A DNA stretch of 64,000 nt from the human T2T-CHM13v2.0 reference genome, Homo sapiens, in assembly GCF_009914755.1 (NCBI RefSeq), contig NC_060935.1, one strand, 5' to 3'. The position numbers and the translations under genes were made by a program. Positions 26,621 through 41,090 of the stretch are shown one piece after another (positions within the stretch are counted from its first letter, which is position 1; each line of letters opens with the position of its first letter). The notes under the pieces are model-generated. The model searched no databases. It was given only the letters and a program-made list of their open reading frames with translations, and was not told the origin of the DNA.

Positions 26621-29052
26621 TAATAATCAGAATTAGTATCTTTATTATCATAATTACTACCACTATTATATGTCCTCTGTCCTACATATCTGAATATTAC
26701 TACTCACTTCTTATAGTTCTTGCTTAACAATTCAAGAGGGGAGGCCTTCTTTCCTTACATTGGCTGCATGTAGAATCCTTGGTGTTTCAGATATTTTAGC
26801 CAGAATAAGCTAGTTAGGCATAGGAACACAGAGACATCCAATTTGGCCTTTTGAGTTATTGCCTAAGAGAGGTTTTCTATGTCCCTAGGTTATGATGACA
26901 TTAACATTTGATTTACATTTGGCTATTTGATCTTATTCAGTGCTCCATCCTACACTGAGCCTACTTATGACTAAAACCAGATTTTTGTTTTGCAGGTGGA
27001 GGAGCAAAGGAAGAGTTTGCCAGATGGATGGGTGTGCCATTTAGATTGCAAATTAGCATGCCTTCTTTATTGCTAAACCTGAGGATTAGGTGATGCCTGT
27101 GTTTAAATCCTTCCTGGTTCAAAGCTGTAGGTACCCACATCCAACAAGTTACACCCATCTTATCACATTGCCAGAATTGAGTTATGGTTCAGCTGGAGGA
27201 AGAGGACATGTCTGTCCTTTTTTGCCAGGTGGGCACAGTGTTTTCTCTAATGAGTTCAAAGCATTTGGCATACACATGATCAATACCACTTTTTCTTTCA
27301 CACATTAGGACATTACATCCTACACATAAAACGTGACTCTGATACAGCTCTGTCTTTTAGGGCTTAGAGTGTTTTCTCACATGGCTGTAACTCCTTGTTC
27401 TTACCTTATAAGTAACTTGGGTCAGGGATGGTAGATAAGGGGGGGATCTGAAACAGAGCTAAGACTAAGAGGAGGATGACAAAGATACAAGGCAAGGACC
27501 AGGACTGAGCTAAGATTAACAATGGAAAACAGAGCTTGAAGTAGAGCAAGATTGGAACTTGAGCCAACACAATAGGAATCAGTAGTTAACTAGACATGGG
27601 TCTCTGAAAACTGTGGAGAGGTGATTTTAACTAGTCTAATAGACTTACATACAGTGGCTCACATTGGAAAAATCCATTCATCAAGGAATGTAATCTGACA
27701 CAGGTAAACCATAATAGCTGGAGACTGAGTTAATGCTCTGTGAATATGTATTTTTATATGTATTACATTTTCTGAACCCCTGACCTACCTCTTCCTTTTC
27801 ACTATTAGCAAAATAGAAATGTAGAGATGAATAGCTGTTAATACAGCTTAGTTTGACTCCAGAAGTAGGATATAATTGGATTCATATCACTACTACCTGG
27901 CCCACTGAGGCAGCAGGAATAGGGAATTTATTCAGGTTGTGGTATAGCATGTGGTATATAGTTCTGCTGTATGACACACAGGAAGTGGGTTGTGATGCTC
28001 ATTTCAAGACACATTGCTTTGGATCCATGAGCCACTTATCCCAGTTACCATCACACCTCATGCTTCTGTGTTTCCCAGGAGCCTTTCTTCAGTTGAATAG
28101 TTGGGACTGTAAGCCTTGCCAGGTAGGATGGTAGACAGATTCACTGGGATTGGTTCCAAGTTGGGTATTGCCCCTGCATGAATCACACGGGACTGAGTCT
28201 GGCCTCTCCTTGGGGACTCTAAAAGCTGGCTAGGTCCATTACCATGAGAGTCCCTTAGGATTAACAGGCCTTTTGTTTGCCTGAAATATTCTTCAAATTC
28301 TGAGTCTTAAAATTCTAATAACTCTTAAGGCAAAGTACTAGTAGCATCTGTCTGTGAACACTTAACCTGATTTCTCTCACTCAGAAGCAATTATTCCTGC
28401 CCAATTATATAGTATACTAGTTGTAACTATTTAGCATATAGGTTTTCTGAATTATATGATAATGTTTATATATCTTAAAAGATAATTTTCATAAAAAGGT
28501 AAGATCATGACTCATACAGATATAAAAATGAACATGCATTAAACATTTAATTCATGAGGGAAATAAGTAGATGTTTCAACTGGTTCCAAGAAAAAAGGAA
28601 AAAAATGCACAAATTTATATAGATAAAAGAATGTTGGATTGGATGTGCAAATGGAGGCAAAACTGATGTTTTTCATATTTATCTACAGTTTGCAGAATTG
28701 TTAAACCAAGGAGAACTTTAGGCTAAAATCAGGTCACTTTGGAGGGGTGTCCTCTAGACAATACATTATTTTCCACTGAAACATAAATTTTTTTCTACAT
28801 CCTCTCCCATTTCGATCAAAATAGTCTGAAAGAAAGACTATGCTTGATCACAAAATAAGGCCGGTCTCATTGGATTGGATCTAACTATAAGTACGGTAAG
28901 CATTTTAATTTACCACAAAAGTCTCCTTCAGTTTACATTGCTGGAAGTTTTCATAAGGAATTTCAGATTTAACTTTTAAAATACTTGTTAACTGGACTGT
29001 GTATTTGTTCATAGTGCATCTGTTTTCAACGTGATTGGATTGTTAAATTTTG

Positions 29053-29054
<2 letters not shown>

Positions 29055-29084
<30 letters not shown>
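29055..29084. repeat. (GT)15 microsatellite
   Basis: Counted directly. Confidence 0.97.
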
Positions 29085-29089
<5 letters not shown>

Positions 29090-29302
29090 CCTTAAATTTC
29101 ATTCTGTGCAGTAGACGAGGACTTGATAAGACAATAACATGAAAGAAACTGAAGTGTTTTCTGGCTTTTCTAGAGATATCTGGGCATGTCCATTTCTCTC
29201 TAGCTGAAACTCTGTTATCATAAACTAGGAAGTACTTGTTTCAATTCATTACTAAGAAGGGGGAGAAAAGGTTTAGTAACAGTGATCAGAAAATACTGGA
29301 CA

Positions 29303-29620
29303 AGCTGAACATGGTGGCTCTCACCTGTCATCCCAAGGCTGAGGGGGGAGGATGACTTGAGGCCAGGGGTAGAGACCAGCCTGGGCAACATAGCGAGGCC
29401 CCTATCTCTAAAAAGGCAAAAATAAAAAAAAAAATTAATTGGGCATGATGGTACATTCCTGTAGTTCCAGCTACCCAGGAGGCCGAGATGAGAGGATCAC
29501 TTGAGCCCAGGACTTCGAGGCTGCAGTGAGCTATGATAGCACCACTGCCCTCCAGCCTAGGTGGCAGAGAAAGATCCTGTCTCTAAAACAAATTATTTTA
29601 ATTAAAAAAAAGGAAAGAAA
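29303..29620 (+). mobile_element. AluJ
   Basis: Diverged dimer with gaggatcacttgagcccagg and gagctatgat; internal deletion in the left arm. Confidence 0.88.
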
Positions 29621-30537
29621 ATAGAAATTACTAAGGCATGCTTTGGCATACAGTGAACATTTGGATGTTAATTTTGAAGAAAGAAACATTTGGGCTTGAG
29701 AATGAGTTTCTAAGAAGGTAGAGTGGATCAGCACTCTTTTCCCAGAAATTTCCATCTTGATCTTGATTCCTGACTCTTGTAGCCTGTTCTTCGTATATTT
29801 TACAATAAGGAATGCCAACAGTGTACTAGGAGCCAGGGCTCTCAGGCTAGTGTTACAGAGTTGTAGGGAAATTCTAGGATGAAGTTTTTGCTGGGACAAA
29901 GCAGATGAAAGAGTTGAGTTTTTCCAGATCTGGAGCTTACCTGTTGGGGATGCTGTAGACATCTAGAGGCAGCAGGGATATCTTCAGTCTTTATTGTGTA
30001 GTGCTGGTTTGTTTATTCAGACCTTCTTTAATCTTACTAATAAAACTCTTCACTTGAAGACCTTTCAGTCCTTGCCTGTGAAAGGCATGATTGTTCTTCT
30101 TGAAGTCACATGCTTTTGATTTCTAAACCCATTTCCATTTTCATTTGTTCAACCTGTTCTCCCTGTTTCATTCCTCTTGCTTCACGATGTTACAATAAGA
30201 ATGCATTCCTAGTTGTAGACCTAAGGAGCAGTGTAAGGCAGGGAGGCATTCCCACAACTTCCTTGAGCCTATCTTAGGCTTAATTAAGCCTATCATAGGC
30301 TTAATTGGTCACAGGGACAGAGGTTAGTCCCAAATGATAAGAAGGAATCTGTTTCTACAAATGGAGTGGCCCTTGGGGAGAGCTTCTGTCTCATCTTTCC
30401 ACCAGCATCACTGTGTGAACCAGGCATGTCTGTTCTCTGCAAGTTAAATTTGTTTGTCTGAGTAGTAGGGAGGAGTATTATCTCCTAGCCGTCTAGAGGT
30501 GCCGATGAAGCTGTTCGATAAAAGCAGAGTTACACGT

Positions 30538-31337
30538 TTAAAAAAATAACTCAACATCGCTGATCACTAAAAAAATGCAAATCAAAACCACAATGAGATA
30601 CCATCTCATGCCAGTCAGAATGGCTATTATTAAAATGTCAAAAAACAACAGATGCTGGCAAGATTGCAGAGAAAAAAAGAACGCTTTTGCACTGCTGATG
30701 GGAGTATAAATTAGTTCAACCATTGTGGAAGACAGTATGGCAATTCCTCAAAGACCTACAGACAGAAATACCATTTGACCCAGCAATCCCATTACTAGGT
30801 ATATACCCAAAGGAATATAAATCATTCTATTATAAAGATACATGCACAGGTATGTTCATTGTAGCACTATTCACAATAGCAAAGGCATGAAATCAACCCA
30901 AATGCCCATCAATGATAGACTGGATAAAGAAAATTTGGTACATACGCACTATGGAATACTATGCAGCCATAAAAAGGAACAAGATCATGTCCTTTGCAGG
31001 AACATGGATGGAGCTGGAGGCCATTATCCTCAGCAAACTAATGCAGGAACAGAAACCCAAACACTGCATGTTCTCACTTACAAGTGGGAGCTGAATGATG
31101 AGAACACAGGGACACATGGCAAGAACAACACACACTGGGGCCTGTCAGAGGCGGGGTGGGGGCTGGGGGTGGCACTGGCTGGGTGTGGAGGGAGAACACC
31201 AGGGGGAATAGCTGGGCTTAATCCTTAGGTGAGGGGATGATCTGTACAGCAAACCACCATGGCACACATTTACCTATGTAACAACCTTGCACATCCTTCA
31301 CATGTACCCCTGAGCTTAAAAGTTGAAGAAAAAAAAC
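30538..31337 (+). mobile_element. Older L1PA 3' end
   Basis: ORF2 C-terminus WIKKIWYIRTMEYYAAIKRNKIMSFAGTWMELEAIILSKL; G-rich 3'UTR; A tail. Confidence 0.9.
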
Positions 31338-31554
31338 GAGTATCGTAACTTGGAATCCAAGGCACAGTACTGAAATCTGTATTGCTAGTGAGGTACTTGA
31401 GTTAATATGGGCAGCTGACCATGCTGCTCCATAGCATATTCTCCAAAGGAAAGATTTCTACTTAAAAAGTAAATTTCTCCCATCCTGTTTCTGGAATTAG
31501 AAAACTGAGAACTACTAAAAGGAAATTAAAGTTGACAGAGCTTTTATATATATA

Positions 31555-32950
31555 AGACTTTTATAAACTAAGGATAGATTCACGGGGAGTTACAAAAACA
31601 GTTCAGAGGCGTCCTGGTACCTCTTACCTAGTTTTCCCCAGTGATTACATTTGACATAACCGTAGTACAGTATGTGTGTGTCTGCTATTTTATCACATGC
31701 ATTGATTTGCGTAAACACCAATGCAAACAAAATACAGAACTATTCTGTCACCACAAAGACCTCCCTTGTGTTACCCCTATAAAGTTACACCCCCTCAACC
31801 ACCACCTTCCTTAACTCCAGTCCATCTCTAATCCCTTTTCCATTTTTATGATTTTGTCATGTTGAGATTGTTATATAAATGAAACCATACAGTATGTGAC
31901 CTTTTGAGATTGATTTTTTTTCACTTGGCATAATGCCATTATGTCAATAGTTCATTTCTTTTTATTGTTGAGTAGTATTTCATGGTATGAATGTACCACA
32001 ATTTGTTTAACTTTATTGAGGGGCATATTGGTTGTTTCCAGTTTTTTGTTATTATAGATAAAGCTGCTATGGACAATTCATGTACAGGTTTTTGTATGGA
32101 TGGAAATTTTCAGTTATCTGGGATAAAAGCCCAGGAGCACAATAAGTGTATGGTAAGTGTATTTTAGTTTCTTAGGAAAGTGACAGCATGTATTTGGGTA
32201 ATGTTTTTTATCTACTCTGCCAGGGGTGGCGGGGGGTGAAAGTCCAGGTTTCCTATTTGACCTCTGTTAACATCCCTGGTTCGGGGAGGCAGGGCAGGGC
32301 ACCTCATTACTGCTTGAAAGGGTGGGAGTTCTGGCTCTCCACTAGGCCTCCATTGATATCGCCCTGTATGGGCTCCTTACTGCTCCCCATGTGACCTCCA
32401 TGACACCTTGGTGGTTGGGGTGGGGCGCTCTTTACCATTGGAAGGTGGTGAAAGTCCTGCTTTCCCACTTGGAGTTCTCTGACACCAGCCAGGCGGTGGG
32501 CGGGGGGGCACCCCTCATTACAGCCAGGTGCAAGTGGAAGTCTAGGTTCCCCACTGGCCTTTGCTGATAAGGTGGGGTGGGGCTGCAGTGTTTTCTATGA
32601 GGTTTAGTTGGAGCAGGGTGGTTATTGCCACGCTACCCCTTCCTTGGTCCTGTGGCTAGACAGAGCCAGCATTTCTGAGAGCTTTGGTGTTCTGTCTGTG
32701 TCATTGGTGCTTCTGGATTTGCTGGCTTCTTCAGCACCCAGTCCGGGATATATGAAGCCAAGAGCAAACCCAGATAACTCACCACTGTCTTTCCTTAGAT
32801 CTCAAGGTCCCTCGCTGATCTGTCTTCTCTCCACTTTTCAGAGTTTTCTTATGCTTGCTTTATATATAATGTCAATGGTTTTTAACGGTACCTAGCAAGA
32901 AGAATAGAGAGAAGTGTATCTCTTCTATCTTCATCCAGAACTGGAAGTCT
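31555..32950 (-). mobile_element. L1MC/L1MD 3' fragment joined to an L1M 5' fragment
   Basis: aaatgaaaccatacagtatgtgacctttt 3'UTR phrases; L1M 5' terminus tctatcttcatccagaactggaagt. Confidence 0.6.
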
Positions 32951-33341
32951 GACAAAGCCCTGTTAAATGGCCATTTCTCCTCTGAAAACATAAATCTGAT
33001 CCTGTCTTCACCCTTAAAGCTGTCTTATAGCACCCAACTGTCTAAAGAATACAGTTCCAACCTGTTATTGTTGACATTGAAGGTTCTTCACTATCTCACC
33101 ACATGTAATAAGTCATATCTTCTGCAGCTCCCCACCTTGCACATGTACTCACCAGCTACAAAGAATGTCTTATGCACCATTTCTTCAATGTACCATGCTT
33201 TTTCATGGTTCCTTATTTTGCACATGCAATTTTCCGGTTCCACCTTTCTCCTCTTCACTTGGTATGCACTAAGCTGTTCTTCAAATCTAGTTCTTATGTT
33301 GTCTACAGTAAGCCTTCTGAGACTCTCCTGGAGTTATTTGA

Positions 33342-34188
<847 letters not shown>

Positions 34189-35059
34189 TAAATGAATGGT
34201 TACTTTCAGATACTAGAACAACTAAACATTGTCCCCAGCTGTGTGACCAGGCTGAGACTACCTCACTTTTGTCATTACCATATATTCCTTTTAATTTTTC
34301 CTCTAAACAAGGTGACTTTGGGAAATTTTCATAATTTAACCATTTCTTCATCCTTCTCCTCTCTTCCTAAGGACTACTGGCTGTCAGGCTGTCTTTGTAT
34401 ATACCTGTTGTCACTACTGGTATCCTAAGGAGGTTGACCATTTGAAAGCAGGGCTGCCCTGTTGGTTGACTGATAGGTCTCCAAAGCCCACTCTTCAGGC
34501 CATTATGAACCATCAATCTAGTCTTCAGTACATTGAAACCCTACTTTTGGCCAGTTATATAAGGGCTGGGATGTTCTTTGCTAAGCATTCCAGAAGTTTG
34601 ACTTCTATTGAGAAATAAGATATTTTTGAATACCTTTGGTCACCTTGCTTATCTATCTTTTGACTGTTAGCTGGGAAGAATTTAGTAGTAATTCTTAGTG
34701 AGATTTCAGCATCCAACATATTTAAGACAATAACTTCTTTCATTTTTATGACACTCTACTCAAGCCATACATACATCCTTGTGAACCCCAAATTATTCAA
34801 CACGTATTACCACAAAGCTTACAATAACTCAGTGGGTTAAGTTGTATATATATACACACATACACAGATACACACACAAGCACATTATATTAAGGATTTT
34901 GCAGTCAAAAATATATTTTGTTATACCCATTGATCCTTTTTAAGAATTTTGATCCTTTAACCCCTATATTTTGTTCTCATTTATGACAGTCATTGGTTTC
35001 TGTCAGCTGCAGTCAATATCTGACCCTAATACCATATATATTAGCTCCTGCACACATAA

Positions 35060-35270
35060 TTGCTCCATTTGCAAAACCTATTTAATATGGCCAGGCACTG
35101 TTGTACTTTTTGTATGCACATATGTTTTGATTCTTACAGCACTCTGTAAGGTGGGTGCTGTTACACACATTTTACAGAGGAGGGAACTGAGGCTTAGTGA
35201 AGTAGTAAGTATCTTGACCAGGCTTGGTTCTGACTCCAAGCCAATGTTCTTTTTACTGCACCACTCCGCC
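35060..35270 (-). mobile_element. MIR
   Basis: cattttacagaggagggaactgaggcttag core. Confidence 0.7.
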
Positions 35271-37369
35271 TCTCCATCAAAAGGCCTACTATGAAATTGA
35301 ATATTTAAAAGATTGAATAATTACAATTTATCCTAATATCCCAGTTCTTACCCCCTTGATCAAGACTGGTCTTGATTGTATTACCAAAAAATATGCTTTT
35401 CTCTGTTTAGTAAGACAGGAGTGGAAGGAGGCAAATGTGTTCAAAAAATGATGCTTGTGGATGTGTTAAAATTTTGGAGTTCTGTTACCTAGTGGCTTAT
35501 TCTCATGTCATTTGTCCTCAAAGACTTTCTTAAGCATTCAGATCCTTCTGTCCCTTTGAAGAAAACAGGGAAGACACTTGTTATCGTGTCTTAAAGGGCA
35601 TAAAACACCAACTGGCTACCCCAACAGTCCTGTGGGTGGTCATGGAACTTACTAGCAGTAGGGACTGGTATTTGATGGGTAAAATGGCTTCTTTCTCACA
35701 AGTGTCTCATACTGAACCATAGGAAGCATTTTTGACAGAGTATAAGGCTATCCATATAAGAACTGAGGATCTTTTCCTTTAGCATTTGATTGAGTAGCTC
35801 CTTCCCTCCCTCTTTATTTCCTTCAGATCCTCTCCACATTCTGCAGGGTTTGAGGAGGTAGTGTGTGGGAGGGGGGCCAGATAATAACAAGAAGGTGAGT
35901 CGAGAGTGGTGAGGTTGTGTAGGTGAGTGAAGGGACTCCCTGAGGCACAATATCCCTCTTTGTCACTCCCCCAAGCAGCAGGAAGCACAGAGATCATCCA
36001 GCTCACCAACAGGAGCGAGCAAGAAAGAGTTCCAACATTGGTGGGAGTGTTCCCACTGCCACCCTGGCCCCTGAACAGGGATACGTGGCTGGAATTCACA
36101 AGAAGTAACTGTGACAAGGCAAAGTCTGTTTCAGTACCGGCCCTGCTCCCAGCTACTTGGTGCACTGTGAACAATAGCCGTACTACCATGAGGGCATATT
36201 CCTAATGCCTTTCTTAGAGTCCCAGCCTCAGATAGGCATGGTCCCCTGTGAGGCAGGAACACAGCTTCCTGACAAATGAGCAGGAGTGACCCTTATTCTT
36301 GGCTTCTGTCTGAAATGGAAAGACAGATGTTCCACACTGCTGAAGTCTGGACAGCACCTCTGAAGCCCTGGAGATGGTCTCTTCCATTCCTCTGGTGATG
36401 TCCACCTACTCCTCAAATGTAGCATCAAGGAACTTCAGCTGCTTCCTTGGCTCAACTGGATTCCAATTTTATCCTTCCCTTTAGTCCCTCAGAAATAAGC
36501 AGCGTAGGAATAATTCCCTTCCTGGGGATATCAGCTCATTCCTCTAGTTTATTTGCTGCCCCTTAAAGGAGTACCTTAACCTGGGGTACCTGTGATTATT
36601 GACCCTAGAATGGGTCCATCATAGATTCTGGGACAGCAGGTGTCTCCTGGGATTGTCCCAGGCAAACCAGGACATAAAGTCACCTTACCTAGGTGGGTAA
36701 TAGCCACCTAACTGACTTGTAAGAGTGAAATGAATATACCCCCAAGTACAGTGAGTGGTCTAATCAGGGGTTTGATTTAGTGAATCGCCGCTAATGACAC
36801 TGGTCCTTTGGTGTTTCAAGCCTCTGCACCCTATTTGGGCCTCCCTTCTACTTATTGCCTTTCTTCTTTTCTCTATTCCTTTACCTTTTGTCGTTGGCGT
36901 GTTACCGTCTTCATTTCTGCCACTAGACCTATGCCCCCTGACTGCCTGGGATTAACAGAGGCTTTTACAACTCTGCTTACCCTCTTTTTCTTGATTCTAG
37001 GGCTGGTACGAGCCAAGCCCATTATTCTAGGTCCTAATCTGTTTGGTGGAGTTGTTACTCCACTTCTCTGACCTTGCGCGTAGGGCCTGGGCACTCCTAG
37101 GAATTAGGGGCAGGGTGGGGTTAGGGCTGAAACCCATTTGCTCCGACACTCCTGTTTTATGTTCTATTAACTTTATTCCTCAGGGGAATACTTCCCTTTG
37201 CAGCCTTCTGTATTTCACCCTTGGGTTCATGTACAAGGATCTCACAATTATCAGTGGAAACATACCCTGAAATCTTCAGGCTAGAGGCAGTCACTTTCAG
37301 GACCACAGAAGTCCCTGCCTGGTGGCTGCTTGCCTCCAGAAAGGAGAGCAGGAGTGACTGCCACATTGT

Positions 37370-38420
37370 CATGGCGGGAGCGCGTGGGGGCCGGTGTCTG
37401 TGAAGCCGGGGAAGAGTGGGGTCCTGTGGAATATGAGCAGGGCAGGAAGCCCCAGCCTGAGCCTGTGGTGTGTTTGGGGCCGAATATTGTCCCCCCCCCG
37501 CCCCCGCCCACGAAAAAAACTCCTGCGCTCCCAGAAGGTGAGAGTACCGAGATTAGTCATGCAGGGCCGCTGAGTGTGACTTCCAGCCCTCCAGCGTCTC
37601 GTGTCCCGCCCGTGTCGGAGCCCATGGCTTTTTAGGACAGGAAGCGCTGCGGGGTAGTGCGGGCAGGCAGGCACGTCACACCGGACAGCGTCGAGATTGC
37701 TGCTTTCGGTTCCCCAGCGGGTGGTGAGGCAGAAAGTGCAGGGCGGAATGAGGAGCCCCAGCACCTCAGAGCTGTCGGGCAGTGGCGGGGAAGCAAAGCA
37801 CAGGAGCGCTGTGGTGCCAGCGGCCGGGCTAGGGACGACTGGCGGGTTTGCGCTGGACCCGACCCCGAGGGCGGGCGCAAGGGGGCGGGCGCTGCCGTAC
37901 TCAGGCCGCGGGGCCAGGGCGGGCCGGCCGGCGGGGCATTTAAACCCCGCTGACAGCCAGTCCAGCCCGGGACACGCGCCCAGCTCTGTAGCCTCCTCCG
38001 TCGACTCAGCCTTAGGTACCGGTCAGGCAAAATGCGGTCCTCCCTGGCTCCGGGAGTCTGGTTCTTCCGGGCCTTCTCCAGGGACAGCTGGTGAGCGGGG
38101 CAGGGGAGGGAGGCGTGCTGGGACCTCCTGGGCTCGGGGCTTGCAGGGGCCGCGGGGGGCCTCGGAGATCACCCCAGATCGGCCCCGGCGTCGCCGCGTG
38201 GCCAGGGGTGCTGGGGGGACTTGGTCCCGAGCTCCTCCAGCGGCGCCCGCCTCGGAGGTTGATAACCCTCCCTGCCCAACTCCGCCCGCGCTCCCCCAGA
38301 CCCCGCGACGCTGGCTCGGTGACACTGGGGAAGAACAGGCTGCCAGGGAAGGTCTCCATCGTTTCCCGTTTCCATCCTCCCCTCCTAACACACATCCGGG
38401 GCGCCTTCAGAGCGCCTTTC
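37370..38420 (+). promoter_or_regulatory. CpG island / promoter of SLC37A2
   Basis: Dense CpG; GC boxes gggcggg at about 37869-37890 and 37916-37936; TATA-like atttaaa at 37938-37944; spans exon 1. Confidence 0.88.
38032..38090 (+). CDS. SLC37A2: SLC37A2 exon 1 (MRSSLAPGVWFFRAFSRDSW); MFS sugar-phosphate/Pi exchanger
   Basis: ATG with A at -3; tg|gtgagc donor; spliced CDS totals 1506 nt = 501 aa plus stop. Confidence 0.95.
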
Positions 38421-38876
38421 TGTCGTTGGGCAGCTGGGGAACCTGGGCTCGAAGGCTGGGGAACCGAGGCCAGGGGATGGTAGAGGAAAGGGGTTGCCAC
38501 TGGGGTTTGTGAGTGTCCCTCTTGGTCTCCTTTAGCCCTCGAACACCAAGGCCAGAACTCAGTGGTCCTGGGAGCTCGTCTCGAGGCCTTTCAGCACCTG
38601 GAAAGGGCACAGCTCTCAGAGCAGAGCAGGGCAGCCCCTCGGCAGTGGGAGAAGGGCTTCACAGAGGTTCTCTTCCTGACCGCAGGGACCACATGTTGGG
38701 CTGCAAGGTGGGGTGGAGGGGTTTCAGCCACTCTTCCTTAGAGGCGGTCAACCATTGGAGCAGTCCGTTTGGTCTGCACAGTTTTTAAAATATTGTGTTA
38801 GTTGCCATTATTTACAAATCATAAAATTTAACAAAAATAGCTAGATTCCAGACTTCTCTTGAACAATAGACGACGT

Positions 38877-39050
38877 GGACCGGGCATGGTGGTTCATGCT
38901 TGTAATCCCACCACTTTGGGAGGCCAAGATGGGAGAATTACATGAGGCCAGGAGTTCGAGACCAGCCTGGCCAACATCGTGAGACCACCCCTCCATTCCC
39001 CCCTCACACCCCTCCCTGTCTCTAGAAGTAAAAAAAGGAAAGAAAAGAAA
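38877..39050 (+). mobile_element. FLAM / Alu left monomer
   Basis: Monomer with A tail; TSD aatagacgacgt/aatggatgatgt. Confidence 0.8.
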
Positions 39051-39449
39051 AATGGATGATGTAGCAATACTGGGCCTAAATTTCCAAATTAAATGAATAG
39101 GATTGAGGAGTCCCCTTTAGATAGGGCAGGTGCTATTAAAGTGGCCAATTTGTCCTGGTTTTGAAACAGTCTTTTGTCGGCAACCCTCTCAATCCTGGGC
39201 AAAATGAGACAATTGGCTACCCTACACACTTTTTAATTGTTGAGAGCTCTCATCAATTCTAACCTTCTTCACTCGTTTAGATTATTTACCTAGTCTTTTT
39301 TGAGTTGGAGACTGTTAAAAGATATTTTTCAGAAAAAGATTAAAATCCTGACTCTCACAAAGACATAAGAATGAACCCATGTTAAAGATTTTCTTTTACT
39401 CATAATAAAGGAGGCAGAAGATGTTATAATCGGTTCAAAAGAGAATCTA

Positions 39450-39636
39450 GAGAGGGGGATTGGGGAATTATTGTTTAATGGGTATGGAGTTTCAGTTTGG
39501 GAACATGAAAAAGTTCTGGAAATGGATGATGGTGATGGTTGAGAGACAATGTGAACATACTTAATGCCACCTAAATGTAGACTAAAAATGGTTAGAATGG
39601 CAAAATTTATGTTATGTATATTTTACCACAATTTTA
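39450..39636 (+). mobile_element. L1MB 3' end with perfect 13-bp TSD
   Basis: TSD aaaagagaatcta at 39437-39449 and 39637-39649; gtttaatgggtatggagtttcagtttggg..ttttaccacaatttt. Confidence 0.85.
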
Positions 39637-40916
39637 AAAAGAGAATCTAAAGAACATATTCATTTATAGGTTAGGAATATTGAGACCAAATTGGTCTTCT
39701 ACAGGTTGTGAGGGAAGACTACTGAAATTATCTTCATAGGTATATTTTGCATGACTTCTCAGTTACCTACCACTTCAAAGAATTTTAAAATAGCTCAAGG
39801 TCAATTAAAAGCTGGAATCTGATAACCTGGCGGACTATGTGCTAGACAAGGCATAGTTTTCCACGGAAATACATTGTTTTTCTACAGTCTCTCCTGTTTT
39901 GATTTTTAAGAAAATTCTTAGAAGGATTATTCTTGATCACAAAATAAAGCTGATCTCATTGGATTTGACTTGATTGTGGCTGCAAGTGTGTTAGTTTACC
40001 ATATACCCCTTGTTAAGTTAATAAACTTAGCTGGAAGTTTTCATAAGGAATCCTAGATTAGATTTTTTAAAGCCTTTAATTATTTATTGTCCTGACATTA
40101 GTAAGCCGAGTCAAGAAACTGTCTCCACCAGGTTTTACCTACTGTACTGATGTATTTGGGCAAATTCCTCTTCTCAGGGTCCCCATAATATCCTAAAGTT
40201 TCTGGGCTAGCCAGAGAGTGACCTTCCTTTTGGCTTGTAAACCTGGAAACCCAGTAAGCCCATTTTCTTGGGAGGTTTTTCTTAGTATTGGCTGCATAGA
40301 GTGAACCTCAGTTTTTAGAGGAGGCTGGTTGTATCTGATTAAATAGGCATCCTGATCAAATACAACATCCCGGCAAGGTCTTGGTTGCATAACCAATTTT
40401 TCTAATTATGTACTGGTAAAAAAAAAATTCTTACTGAACCTGTGCAAATAACCATACTTCCATGAAAAGCAAGAAGATTCCATAAGAGTTTCTGAATTCT
40501 GAGGAGTCAGGTAGGGAGAAAAAGATATTTATAAGTGTTTCATTTCAGTTTATGAAAGCAGAATCTACTAAGTTCTTATGGGTTAATATAGCCTAAGAAG
40601 AAAGAGAAAGGTCTTCCTTATATGTCCAGAAAATAGAACACTATATCAACATCAACAGTATTCTGAACATAGAAGACAGTCATCCATCCCCAGTTCATGC
40701 GGTCCTGTGTGATTAATTCTGTCCCGCTGAATCTTGGGTTAGCAATCTCAAAAACCTATCTGCTTCTTGACTAAAGAGTTCTGGAACTCCTGACTCAGTC
40801 CACTAGTACGTTCTTAATGTTGTCTAAGTAGTTCCATCAGAAACTTATATCCAAGAGCAATTACTCAGTACAGTGCTTTTCTGAGACAGTATTTGGTTGT
40901 TAAAGATAAAAACTCT

Positions 40917-41090
40917 GGCCTGCCAGGCCCAGTGGCATGCTTACAGTCCCAGCTACTCAAGAGGCTGAGGTGGGAGGATCCCTTAAGCCCAATAGTGTGG
41001 GACTGTAGTGCACCATGATCATGCCTGTGAAAAGCCAGTGCACTCCAGTCTGGGCAACACAGTAAGATCCCATCTCTCAAAAAACAAAAA
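40917..41090 (+). mobile_element. FRAM / Alu right monomer
   Basis: cagtcccagctactcaagaggctgaggtgggaggatc..cactccagtctgggcaac plus A tail. Confidence 0.8.

Noticed and set aside
37632-38512. Long ORFs over the CpG island (e.g. 271 aa at 37697-38512)
   Set aside because: GC-rich, stop-poor sequence gives low-complexity R/G/P/A ORFs in several frames; only 38032-38090 is supported by splicing.
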